A DNA stretch of 64,000 nucleotides from Histomonas meleagridis 2922-C6/04-290x (Eukaryota; Protista; Parabasalia), in assembly GCA_020184695.1 (NCBI GenBank), contig JAANOX010000233.1, positions 124,001 through 188,000 of the forward strand. Reading direction: 5' to 3'. Below, in pieces: positions 46,101-57,377 of the stretch (position 1 is its first letter; the number at the start of each line of letters is the position of its first letter). The position numbers and the translations under genes are program-made. The notes beneath the pieces were generated by a model, which was not told the DNA's origin, ran no database searches, and saw nothing but the letters and a program-made list of their open reading frames with translations.

Positions 46101-46490
46101 GATTTGTTTTAATAATTTTATGTTTCAAAATGATATTTGGAAATTATTTATTTTATTTTATACAGCACTTATTTATGCATCTTCAAATGGTCATATAGAA
46201 ATAGTTAAATTACTTCTTGAACAAGAAGGAATTGATATTAATGTTGAGGATATTTATTTGTTTTATTTAAAATTTATTTTAATAATTTAATATTTCAAAA
46301 TAATATTTGGAAATTATTTAAATTATTTAAAACAGCACTTATTTGGGCATCTTTAAATGACCACACAGAAATAGTCAAATTACTTCATGAAAAAAAAAAA
46401 AGAAATGATATTAATGCTGAAAATATTCATTTGTTTTATTTAAAATTTATTTTAATAATTTAATATTTCAAATTTATACATTCGCTATAA
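43187..46490 (+). CDS. DUF3447 + ankyrin-repeat gene with 17-nt spacers (12 repeats, 170-nt period)
   Basis: ORF from ATG 43187 (MGSAYS) with the DUF3447-type core. xTAL units at 44631, 44801, 44971, 45141, 45311, 45481, 45651, 45821, 45991, 46159 and 46329. The decoded frame ends ...AEN-K-N-S-L-TAA (46488-46490). One 2-nt deletion near 46074. Confidence 0.85.
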
Positions 46491-47030
46491 TAAATTAAAT
46501 TTTTTTGATGTAATTTTTCATAATTCCCATAAATAAACATACACATAAATGCAATCTAGTTTAAAAAATGAATTAAAATAAAATTAATATTATCAATTTC
46601 GAGAAAAAGAAAATTCATTTTTTCGAAAAAAATTACATACTAAAAGATCATTCGGACTCTAGAAATTGCATATTTTTTCGCTTAAAATTTTGAAGATAAA
46701 ATCTATAAAATTCAAAATATTTATTTATATAATATAACCTCATTTCTTCTGCTGAATTTCACAGGTCACCCTACCCATTTGTCTGATTTTTGCCCTAAAT
46801 AAAAAACATTTCTGTGAGACACATTAAGAGCAACATAGTGATTTATTTTTTAAGAAAACATTATGATATCATTCCATGTTTAGATTCAGAAATCAATGTC
46901 AAAATGATAAAATAAACGATTTCAATTCAAATTTCATGTAAACCATTCATTATTTCACTACTTTGAAAATAAGTGTTCGGCTACTTAATTTCAATGGTAA
47001 TTTGTCCGGGCTGTTTGTTTTAACATCTGA

Positions 47031-47035
47031 TCATT
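47031..47035 (+). promoter_or_regulatory. Initiator (Inr) TCATT upstream of HSP70
   Basis: Matches the trichomonad Inr TCAYW, 7 nt before ATG 47042. Confidence 0.55.
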
Positions 47036-47041
47036 TTTTCA

Positions 47042-49033
47042 ATGTCAGCAATTGGTATTGATCTTGGTACAACTTACAGTTGTGTCGGTGTCTTCAGACA
47101 CGGTCGTGTCGATATTATCGCAAATGATATGGGTAATCGTACAACCCCATCTTATGTTGCATTCACCGAAGATGAACGTCTTGTCGGTGATGCCGCTAAG
47201 AACCAAGCTGCTATGAACCCAACAAACACAGTTTTCGATGCAAAGCGTATGATCGGACGTAAATTCAGTGATCCAGTCGTTCAAAAAGATATGCAACACT
47301 GGCCATTCAAGGTTGTTCGTGGTGATGCAGATCGTCCAAGGATTCAAGTTCAATGGAAGGGTGAAACCAAACAATTCTACCCAGAAGAAATCTCAGCTAT
47401 GGTTTTAGGTAAAATGAAGGAAATCGCTGAAAGCCAACTCTCCAACAAAGTTACTGATGCTGTTGTTACGGTTCCAGCCTATTTCAACGATGGTCAACGT
47501 CAAGCCACTAAAGATGCAGGTGTTATTGCCGGTCTCAATGTTCTTCGTATCATCAACGAACCAACAGCCGCTGCTATCGCCTTCGGTCTTAACGAAAAAT
47601 CAGACAACGAACGTCATGTTCTTATCTTCGATCTTGGTGGTGGTACATTTGATGTTTCATTACTTGATATCGATGGCGGTATGTTCGAAGTTCGTGCCAC
47701 AGCAGGTGATACACATCTTGGCGGTGAAGATTTTGATAACCGTATGGTTAATTACTTCGCAGATCGTTTCCAGAAGAAGTTCAAATGCGACTTAAGGCAA
47801 TCACCACGTGCACTCCGTACATTAAGAACAGCATGCGAACGTGCTAAGAGGACATTATCCACAGCCACATCCGCATCCATTGTTTGCGATTCATTATATG
47901 AAGGACACGATTTCATGGATAACATCTCACGTGCTATGTTCGAGAACTTAAATGATGAACTTTTCAGGTCAACAATGAATCCAGTCGCACAAGTTTTAAG
48001 AGATGCAAACATGTCAAAGTCCGATGTCACTGATATTGTTCTTGTTGGTGGTTCATCACGTATTCCACGTGTTCAACAATTATTACAAGACTTCTTCAAT
48101 GGTAAGCAACCATGTCGTGGTGTTGATCCGGATGAAGCAGTTGCATATGGTGCAGCAGTTCAAGCAGCAATTATCAAAGGTGATACACATGAAGAAATCA
48201 AAGATATCTTATTGTTAGATGTTGCACCACTTTCATTAGGTATCGAAACAGCAGGTGAAATTATGACTGTCTTAATTCCACGTAACACAACAATCCCATG
48301 CAAGAAGTCAAACGTCTTCACAACGTTCTCCGATAACCAACCCGCAGTTACAATCAAAGTTTACGAAGGTGAACGTTCAAGAACACGCGATAACAACTTG
48401 CTTGGTACATTCGATTTAACGGGCATTCCACCAGCACCACGCGGTGTTCCACAGATTGAAGTTACATTCGATGTTAACGCAGATGGTATTATGAACGTTT
48501 CAGCACAAGATAAGTCAACAGGTAATGTCAAGAAGATCACAATCAAGAATGAGAAAGGACGTCTTTCACAAGCAGATATCGATAGAATGGTTGCAGACGC
48601 AGAGAAGTACAAGGCACAAGATGAAGAAGTGCGTAAGAAGGTTGAGGCTAAGAACGCACTCGAAGGATACTGCTTCGGCGTACGCAACTCATTAAATCAA
48701 GAACAGTTCGCTAACGCATTGTCACAATCAGATAAGGACACAATAAACAAGGAAATCAATGACACACTCGCATGGATCGACGCTAACCAAGACGCAGACG
48801 TCGCTACATTCGAAGCTAAGCAGAAGGAACTCGAAGGCAAGTTAATGCCACTCATGCAAGCTGCATACCAAAACGCAGCTGGTGGCGCACAAGGCGGAAT
48901 GCCAGGCGCTGGCGGCATGCCAGGAGGCATCGACCCATCAATGTTCGCTAACATGCAAGGAGGCGCAGGCCCATCACCTGGCGCTTCAACTGGTGGACAC
49001 TCATCAGGACCACGTGTCGAAGAAGTCGATTAA
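47042..49033 (+). CDS. HSP70: Cytosolic heat shock protein 70
   Basis: [27 protein letters not shown] repeats, terminal EEVD. Confidence 0.99.
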   Translation: MSAIGIDLGTTYSCVGVFRHGRVDIIANDMGNRTTPSYVAFTEDERLVGDAAKNQAAMNPTNTVFDAKRMIGRKFSDPVVQKDMQHWPFKVVRGDADRPRIQVQWKGETKQFYPEEISAMVLGKMKEIAESQLSNKVTDAVVTVPAYFNDGQRQATKDAGVIAGLNVLRIINEPTAAAIAFGLNEKSDNERHVLIFDLGGGTFDVSLLDIDGGMFEVRATAGDTHLGGEDFDNRMVNYFADRFQKKFKCDLRQSPRALRTLRTACERAKRTLSTATSASIVCDSLYEGHDFMDNISRAMFENLNDELFRSTMNPVAQVLRDANMSKSDVTDIVLVGGSSRIPRVQQLLQDFFNGKQPCRGVDPDEAVAYGAAVQAAIIKGDTHEEIKDILLLDVAPLSLGIETAGEIMTVLIPRNTTIPCKKSNVFTTFSDNQPAVTIKVYEGERSRTRDNNLLGTFDLTGIPPAPRGVPQIEVTFDVNADGIMNVSAQDKSTGNVKKITIKNEKGRLSQADIDRMVADAEKYKAQDEEVRKKVEAKNALEGYCFGVRNSLNQEQFANALSQSDKDTINKEINDTLAWIDANQDADVATFEAKQKELEGKLMPLMQAAYQNAAGGAQGGMPGAGGMPGGIDPSMFANMQGGAGPSPGASTGGHSSGPRVEEVD

Positions 49034-49291
49034 ATTTGATAAATATCTTATCAACTAATTTTTGAATTTTAATTGGGTTTTCGCTTTGGTGTAAATGAAT
49101 TTGTTTGCTGATTTGTGATTTGATTATTTAATCGAATTTTGTAAATGTGCGTAAGCGTTAGGAATTCGTTCGGACTTCGCTCCGCATGCAGCAAAAGGAT
49201 GTAAAATGTCTGACTACGTCCCCTTTAGAAGGGAATAAAGCGGATTGGATTTTTCCACCAAAATTGACTAAGTTTGTTTCAACATTCGTAC

Positions 49292-50116
49292 ATGCACAAT
49301 AAGAAGCGTGAGACATCATCATATCGTCCGACATCATTCAGCTTAAAAAGTGTATCTCCTGAGCACATGTCAACGCGGAAAGGAAAAATGCCCGCGAATA
49401 AAAAGTCACAGAAAACTTCTAAAAAATCAATCATTCAATCAATGCTTACTGAAGATCAAATTACGGATGATATTGTCGAAATCATATCGAAGCTTCCTCC
49501 TTCTGCTAAGGATTTGTTGGCTGATGATACGCCTGATAAAGTGACTCTTGATGAATTGTATTCACTTCTAAATGCATTGAATATTGAGTTTACTAAGCCA
49601 AAAAGGAGGCGCTCAAGTCATCGCATTAAAATGCTTCGCATATTATATGATAATGTGAGTGATCACTGGAAAGCGATATATCAATATTCGCAAAGTCGTG
49701 TTCAAATAAATGAAAAACAACCTAAAGAACAACCCTCTAAGCCTGCGCCTCGTTCTATGCAACTACATCAGCCATTTCTTAACTCTGCATTATCGGCCAT
49801 CCATCAAACAGATCGTATGCCAACTCGAGAGGAGTTCATTTTTATGAATGATGATGAATACGAAACTGCTATCGAATATTTTAGAGCAACTCATCCACCT
49901 TCAGTGCCAATTCAAAATAATTCAAAACCACGCGAAACGCCACTATTCGAATATACATATGGCCAAATGAAGTGTACAACTGCAGCACTTAAAAAGTGCT
50001 GCAATACATTAAAGAAAGCGAGATGGTATGTAGATATGATAAATGCAAGAGAAAGTTTACAATGCGTAGAAACAGAACCTGTGAAAAATGAAATGAGAAC
50101 AAGAAGATCACATTAA
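49292..50116 (+). CDS. Hypothetical basic protein
   Basis: Intact ORF of about 275 aa, first ATG 49292. No recognised domain. Confidence 0.65.
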   Translation: MHNKKRETSSYRPTSFSLKSVSPEHMSTRKGKMPANKKSQKTSKKSIIQSMLTEDQITDDIVEIISKLPPSAKDLLADDTPDKVTLDELYSLLNALNIEFTKPKRRRSSHRIKMLRILYDNVSDHWKAIYQYSQSRVQINEKQPKEQPSKPAPRSMQLHQPFLNSALSAIHQTDRMPTREEFIFMNDDEYETAIEYFRATHPPSVPIQNNSKPRETPLFEYTYGQMKCTTAALKKCCNTLKKARWYVDMINARESLQCVETEPVKNEMRTRRSH

Positions 50117-50255
50117 TGGGTTGTTAAATGTATAAAATTATTAACTTTTTTAAAAAAATTTATCGATTTGAAATTTGGAAAATGTTAAATAAAGATCTAA
50201 AGTTTTAATAAAAAAATACATGAATACTTTATTATATAATACAAATGAATATTTG

Positions 50256-50492
50256 TTAAATTAGATTACAGCATAAACTTTTTCGATCTGATTTTTGGTC
50301 ATGATGTGTAGATGTAGTATAGGGGAGTTTTTGTTTGTTTACTTGAGGTGAGATTGGCTCCATTGATTTGGTGTCTGATTCAGTTTCATTGCATTGATCA
50401 GTTTGATTATTTTCAGGGGGATTTATCAAAATAGAAGATGTTGTTACTTCCGAAGAACCTGTTGGACAATCATTATCGTCTTCTTCTTCCAT
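50256..50492 (-). CDS. Small acidic disordered protein ending in CCNLI (CaaX-like)
   Basis: MEEEDDNDCPTG...KSLCCNLI*. Composition is coding-like relative to the flanks. Confidence 0.5.
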   Translation of the reverse strand: MEEEDDNDCPTGSSEVTTSSILINPPENNQTDQCNETESDTKSMEPISPQVNKQKLPYTTSTHHDQKSDRKSLCCNLI

Positions 50493-50825
50493 TGGTTCCA
50501 AAGAATTCTTTGAAAAGACGAGAAAGTAGATACGATAGAGTAAATTGAATTGCGTTTGATCGTATATTGCATGCAATTCCAGTGAACAATGCATTTACTC
50601 CAAAAAGATCATAAAATTATAATATCATCTGATCGGAATATCATTCTAAAACATAAGGAGTTGCTTTGAAAAACTGTTTTGGAAAAAGAATTTAAACATT
50701 TTATAAATGATTTTAAAAAATTTACAGATTTTTTGGAATTTAATTAAAATCATAAAAATAATGACGTGTATTGTTTTAATAAAAAAGCAAGAATGAAATG
50801 TAACATGAATCAAAAAAAAAAAATT

Positions 50826-51346
50826 AATGTTTCTTAACAACTTCGTCTGATAACCAGTTCATACCTTCAACAAGACCAAGACCTGTAAAGTGCACAACTA
50901 TCTTCAATATGATATCTTGATTGATCAATAACTTGTAAATCAAGTGCTTCTGATAACTTTTCGACTGAAACTGCTCCTTCAATGTCTTGTTTGTTAGCAA
51001 ATATTAATATAGGACATCCTTTAAGTTGTGGTGATTGAACAATTTGATGAAATTCTTGTTTAGCTGTGGCAAACTGTGTTTTATCTGAAGAATCGACTAC
51101 AAAAATAACTCCTTGTGCTCCATTAAAATAATGACGCCAAAGTGGTCGAATCTTATCTTGTCCTCCTAAATCCCATACACAAAATTCAAGTTCGCCAAAG
51201 TGTACTGTTTCCATAGTAAAACCTACAGTTGCAACTGTATGAACAACTTCATTCTTTTTAAGTCGATATAAGATTGTAGTTTTACCTGCTGCTCCAATTC
51301 CAAGCATTAAAATTCGATATTCAGGTTTCGCGCAACAGCCGCCCAT
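50826..51346 (-). pseudogene. ARF: Arf-family GTPase copy with a +1 frameshift near the 3' end
   Basis: Identical to 52009-52530 except GCT-to-GAT and an extra T (GCACTTTACAGG), which truncates the C-terminal helix. May be an assembly error. Confidence 0.75.
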
Positions 51347-52008
51347 GTTTATTTTTTAAAACCGTTAATCCTATCAAAAAGCTATGGGGGTTTAATTGAA
51401 GTGACAAAAATTTCTTTATCGATCAAATTTAATTGAAAAATCGTTGCATTCTTTTGGTTCAAAAACTTAAAAAACCTGGCGGGATTTTTGATATTAATGT
51501 GAATGAAAATGTTAATCATTATGATCACAAGAAGCAGTTAGAGCAATAAGTAATTCTTTGCAGTTTGAAATGTAGCTTCGTGAAAAATATTAATTGATAC
51601 ATTTAAATGTTTAAAAATTCTGTTTAACTTTTCACATTAATATATGTGTAAAATCATATACCAATTATTCACCATAATTGCTAAAAATAATAAAACATTA
51701 AAACTAATTCTAAAAAATAAAATTCAACTTTTTTCCAAATTTTTCAGCGTATTGAGTGTAAAATGATCGGTAACTATCACAAAAACTCAACATCAAAAAG
51801 ATAAATTTTATTAATTTTACCTAATCGTTGAATTTTATTATCGAAAAATATTCTAAAAAATTCATTGACATCTTAAGTTCAAAATTAATATATGTCCTTC
51901 TAAATTTTCCCTGAAAAATTCATTTTTTAAACCTACTGTAATTGTATAGAAAACTTCAATTAACCCCCCATAGCTTTTTGATAGGATTAACGGTTTTAAA
52001 AAATAAAC

Positions 52009-52530
52009 ATGGGCGGCTGTTGCGCGAAACCTGAATATCGAATTTTAATGCTTGGAATTGGAGCAGCAGGTAAAACTACAATCTTATATCGACTTAAAAA
52101 GAATGAAGTTGTTCATACAGTTGCAACTGTAGGTTTTACTATGGAAACAGTACACTTTGGCGAACTTGAATTTTGTGTATGGGATTTAGGAGGACAAGAT
52201 AAGATTCGACCACTTTGGCGTCATTATTTTAATGGAGCACAAGGAGTTATTTTTGTAGTCGATTCTTCAGATAAAACACAGTTTGCCACAGCTAAACAAG
52301 AATTTCATCAAATTGTTCAATCACCACAACTTAAAGGATGTCCTATATTAATATTTGCTAACAAACAAGACATTGAAGGAGCAGTTTCAGTCGAAAAGTT
52401 ATCAGAAGCACTTGATTTACAAGTTATTGATCAATCAAGATATCATATTGAAGCTAGTTGTGCACTTACAGGTCTTGGTCTTGTTGAAGGTATGAACTGG
52501 TTATCAGACGAAGTTGTTAAGAAACATTAA
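52009..52530 (+). CDS. ARF: Arf/Arl-family small GTPase
   Basis: MGGCC N-terminus (Gly2), GIGAAGKTT, WDLGGQDKIRPLWRHYF, FANKQD. Confidence 0.95.
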   Translation: MGGCCAKPEYRILMLGIGAAGKTTILYRLKKNEVVHTVATVGFTMETVHFGELEFCVWDLGGQDKIRPLWRHYFNGAQGVIFVVDSSDKTQFATAKQEFHQIVQSPQLKGCPILIFANKQDIEGAVSVEKLSEALDLQVIDQSRYHIEASCALTGLGLVEGMNWLSDEVVKKH

Positions 52531-53127
52531 TTTTTTTTTTTTGATTCATGTTACATTTCATTCTTGCTTTTTTATTAAAACAATACACGTCATTATTTTT
52601 ATGATTTTAATTAAATTCCAAAAAATCTGTAAATTTTTTAAAATCATTTATAAAATGTTTAAATTCTTTTCCCTCAAGGACACATTCGGATAAATAAACG
52701 GTCGTTTTTGTACGTTAAATTCCATTTTAATCAAAAGATATAAATATTTGTTGCACATTATGCTTTTCTTGTATTAACAGTATTGGTGACACCTTTATGG
52801 GTCTTAAACTTTTAAAATAATTGGGAAATAGCTCGATTGAAGTAAAATTTAAAACCACGTTTTTTCCATGCAAAATTGATTTCAGAAAAAGCTATTCATA
52901 CCAAAATTCGCAGCATAGGATGGAGAATAATATGTGTGAAAATTAGAGGAATTGAGAAGACTATTTTTGAAAAACCTCAAACTGACTGCATTTCTAATGA
53001 TTGCCTTGTTCTCATAAATGAATCTTCATAATGTCGTATGAAATGTTTCTGTGATCTGCAAACCAATCATCGCGGTCTTGAGTTCGTTTGAATACTTTTA
53101 TCTTTTTTTGGCTTGGAAAGTAGAGAA

Positions 53128-54270
53128 ATGAAAAAAGTTGATGTAGAAAAGAAAACTAATTATATTCAATATCTACAAATTATACAAAACAGTGTTTTAA
53201 AGGTAAATGAAAAAAATATTTTTGAATCAGTTGAAAAATTGATAAATTGATTCGAATTATTCATATTCTTCTTTGATAGTTATAAGTCGGATGATTTGTT
53301 CACGTTTGATTTCATATCAAAAACTATGATGTATATTTTCAATTTCTCAAAATATTTTAAATATTTCAATACAATAATAGATATTTTTACACAATTGTGA
53401 TTCGATTGAATTCACAAGAATCAAATTTTCTTTTAGAAATTGAAGAAAACTTTATAAATTATAAAATTGTAATCATTGTATTTTATTCATTATAAAACTA
53501 ATGAAGAAATTAATGAATTCAAAGATTTAATGAGTGAGAATCCATTTCATGAAAAAAATTTTTGATAACATTGAAGAACTTAAGAAAGATGATTTGAAGC
53601 TCCAATTCATTCGGAAAGGAACTAATCCTTCTGGTATTGTTACAATAATTCGAAATGATGAAATAAAAAAACATCAAGAAATTTTAACAAAATTTGATTT
53701 TAAACAAATTATAGAGCCATCTTTAGATGAAAGACATTCATTCATTAATAAAAAAATTGACGAATTTTACAACATGAATTTTGATGCTAATATTTTTAAA
53801 CTTTCTGATATAGGAAAATTTAATGTAAATATGAAATATGATTCATTGTATTTAGTAAAAATTATTTTTTTAAAAAAAGGAGTTATAAAATATTTAATAA
53901 AATTTATACACCATCAATTGTTGCATATAGTTAGGGTTATATTGATGAGGCTAAATTCCTTCTTGAACAAAGAAGTATTAAATTAAATGAAAATAATAAA
54001 AATTGTTTTATCATTTGGAATTTCGATAATATATTTGGAATACAGCATTTTTTATGTCAGTTCATAATAATAACATTGAAATTACTTTTTGAGCAAAAAA
54101 GAATTAATGTTAATGTAGTAAATTTTTCTTTATTTTTTTTTAATTTGAAAATCAAAAAATTTGGTGATCATTTCTAAAATTCAGAATATATATTATGTTG
54201 GACAGTACTTATTGATGTGGTACAAAATGGATGCATTGAAATTGTCAAATTACTTCTCAATTATAAATTT
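53128..54270 (+). pseudogene. Decayed DUF3447-ankyrin gene
   Basis: Fragments GTNPSGIVTIIRNDEI...IIEPSLDER and FLLEQ...TVLIDVVQNGCIEIVKLLL with many stops and indels. Spacer relics of irregular length. Confidence 0.7.
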
Positions 54271-54896
54271 TTATTTATTGGACAAGTAAAAATCCCCACT
54301 GGCATCGTAAAACTTAATGAATAAAAGATTAATATTAACATTAAAATATAATATATTTCTTAATAAATAATTTTATGGCTAAAATTATTTTTATTATAAA
54401 ATATTATATATGTATTTTTTTAATAAAAATAAAGTATGCATCAAAAATAAAATATAATTTCTATCAGAGAAACAATTATTTTTCGAGAGTGGTTTTTCAC
54501 GGAAAAAAAGTGTCAATTGACACACTCACTAACAAAAAGTTATAAGTCTGTTCGTTTCATCTAACCGAACCTAGTCAATATCCGAGTGAATTTTTTTTAC
54601 AAAATGTGTTAAAGAATGTAACTGTTTATGGATGTATTTATATTGGTTAAACTTTTTTTAATTAAAATTTTCAAATTAAATTTTTTACGACTACACTTTG
54701 CACAGATTTAAAACAACTTTGAAACTGTTTTTTATAAATAATTTTTGGTTATTATTTTTTAATGTAATTTGATAACACTACTTTTGATCAAAAAAAACTT
54801 ATTAATAATAACTTTAGCAATTAAAATATTAATTTTTCTCTTCCGAGTTATTTGTTGTAAATTTTTTTCTGTTCCACTCGAAAATGAAATACAAAT

Positions 54897-55367
54897 TCAT
54901 TTACTATTTGGCCTGTTTTTAAGCAACATTTGAACAAAATCAGATATCTCTACTTCATCTTCGCCATTTGGAAATGCATTATACCGAAGATGCTTAACTT
55001 CTTCTGGTGTTAAAGGATTCCCCAATGTTGTTAAATAAACAAATAGCTTTGAATCCCTAATTCTTTCTTCATCACCAGCATAGGTTTTGAGACAACCAGT
55101 AAGAATCTCTTCAAGATTAACTTGTGCATCGAAATGAGACGCAACTTTAATAAAATCATTTAAATCGAATTTAAAATCACCTGACGGATCGATTTTATTA
55201 CAATATTCTTCGAGTTCATTTTCTTGTGGATAAAATCCAATTGCATTTATTAATAATTCCATTTCATGAATGTTTATTTTTCCGTCTTCGTCTCTGTCAA
55301 AAATTGTGAACATTTCTGTGTAATCAGCAATTTGTTCTTGAGATAAAGATGTTTCTTCTTCTTCCAT
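54897..55367 (-). CDS. Calmodulin-like EF-hand protein
   Basis: EMFTIFDRDEDGKINIHEM is a canonical EF-hand; 156-aa calmodulin layout with the other hands degenerate. Confidence 0.85.
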   Translation of the reverse strand: MEEEETSLSQEQIADYTEMFTIFDRDEDGKINIHEMELLINAIGFYPQENELEEYCNKIDPSGDFKFDLNDFIKVASHFDAQVNLEEILTGCLKTYAGDEERIRDSKLFVYLTTLGNPLTPEEVKHLRYNAFPNGEDEVEISDFVQMLLKNRPNSK

Positions 55368-55569
55368 TTTGGAAAACGTTTTGGGCTTAAGGGCGACCGT
55401 TACCTTATGAAATTTGGATTGAATCTAATTCACATTGTAATTGACTCTTACACCTAATATTTTTACATAAAACTTTTCATTATCACGAAATGATAGACAA
55501 TATTTAAAAAAAATAATATTCAAATTAAAGTGTTCTTCATTTAATTTTTGTTCTCTTAATTCAATTCCC

Positions 55570-56420
55570 ATCCGCAGTGCCTCCAAAAGTTTAAAACAAT
55601 TTCCTTCGGAAATTTTTTGACGAGCTGATAAAATGTTTCTTGTACTGGAACAGTTTCATCTGGGTGACCAGATTTTTGACCGAAAGAAGTTGACTACTGT
55701 TCCATCTGCTCAAGCCTTATCGCAGAACCTTTTTATTAAATACGATCTTGTTGCCATTTACACTTTTCGTTTTTTGCTGAGTATGCCGAATGAAGTATGG
55801 GCCAATGGTTCCCGATGCGAAGATGGCAACAACACCTGTGTTTCTTCTGTAATTTCCTTCTGAAACAACCCCAGTTTCCATTGATTCTGGGTTGACATAG
55901 GTGCGGGAAACTACGGAACCATAGCCCCGTTTCGTCCATCATGAAAATTTGTGATTCTGATATATTATGGCTGATAACATATGCAATTACAGGTTCCCTG
56001 AAAATTTTCACTTGTTATTCTAATGTTTCTCTTACCTTTTTTTGGTTGCGTTCTCGGATCCTCATACTTGGCCAACCATTGTCCTTCCAGAATTTGCATA
56101 TGAACCCATTAGATGCATTAGGTCCTCTTCCTTCTTTGATTGCCTGACGAGTCCACTCAATTGACACTTCTAGATGTTGATTACGTCTTTACTTTGCTAA
56201 CATGATGAGTCTTTCTTTTTCTTCTGGAGAGATTAAACTCTTCGAGGATGCACTTGTCTTTGAGATTGTGCTCCAATTTAGATATCTTCATGCATCCATA
56301 TGTACATGGTAGTTCAGAACAGAAAAAAGTCAGACGGTGCGAGATCTGGAAAAAACTGGGTGTGCGGATGCCTTTTAAATTTTTAATGCCCAATTCATCC
56401 ATTTTTTCATGAACCAAATG
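55570..56420 (-). mobile_element. Decayed pogo/Tigger-like (CENP-B HTH + DDE_1) transposase
   Basis: Fragments NASNGFICKFWKDNGW...R (Tc5 HTH-like) and QIFMMDETGLWF (first catalytic D motif), frameshifted. Confidence 0.65.
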
Positions 56421-57377
56421 AGGTCAAGCGTTATCCATATGCAAAAAATTCCCCTCAGTCGAAATTCTTTTGGACAAATAAATCCAGAACTAATCACCAG
56501 TTATTATGATAATATCCTTCCATTAATAAAATTCTAAGTTGGTGTAAGATTGATTTCGAATATTGTACAATAACCGTTTCTTTTTCATGACAGACGTTAG
56601 AATGTGAGGTACTCATTGAAGATCACATCTTTTGAAGCCTAATGTTTGAGTTAAAACTTTTTTAATAGTGTCTGAAGTATGACCTCATAGAAATGCTAAT
56701 TTTTTAACTGTGGTAAAAAGTTCTTTTTTGAGCCAATATAAAATTTTGTCATCAATTTTTTCGGATATGGGTCTTCCAGGTATAACTAAATTGTTATAAT
56801 CTGCCGGACCACTCTTTATTTATCTGATATCCAAAAATATACCTGCATTCGTTTGTATTATTATTCCTCCCCATATACATTTTCTAGTTCATTAATAATT
56901 TGCTTTCCATTAAATTCTGTTTTCATAAAAAAAATATGACATATCTTTGTTCAGCATTTAAAAAAAATGACACTTTTCTATTTTTGATGATTTAAACTCC
57001 CCTTATTTCAATGAATCCTTGTAATTTTAAATTTATATTTTATATTTAAAATTCCTCATTATTGAAATATATATTTATATATGTTTTATTTATATATTAC
57101 ATTTATATAACTAGAATCCAGGAATTTAATATACACTATAATTTTTATAATTCATAACAATAAATACAACTTATGTCATAAAGCTTTTTTTATTTGATTT
57201 TAAGAAAAAACTATAAGATCAAATTCTCACGAATTTTTAATCATTCTAGTTGAGATATTTATAATTTTGACTGTAATTGAGATAATTTACTTAACCTTAG
57301 TTTTATTATAAATGACTATTTCACGAATTTGAACAAAGTATTCCTCCAGTCAAATTCCAAATGGTCGTTTTTGTACT

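Larger units (their letters stand above)
50684..52670. repeat. Large inverted repeat (arms about 50684-51402 and 51953-52670) carrying the Arf gene pair
   Basis: Arms are near-identical reverse complements including UTR and flank, with a unique spacer of about 550 bp. Confidence 0.93.

Noticed and set aside
47045-48954. Antisense and alternate-frame ORFs over HSP70 (likewise over MDH, 40036-41241)
   Set aside because: Codon-bias shadow ORFs of highly expressed genes.
56450-56900. Tc1-like motifs on the minus strand (WGGII, W*LVLDL)
   Set aside because: Too degenerate to call as a feature.
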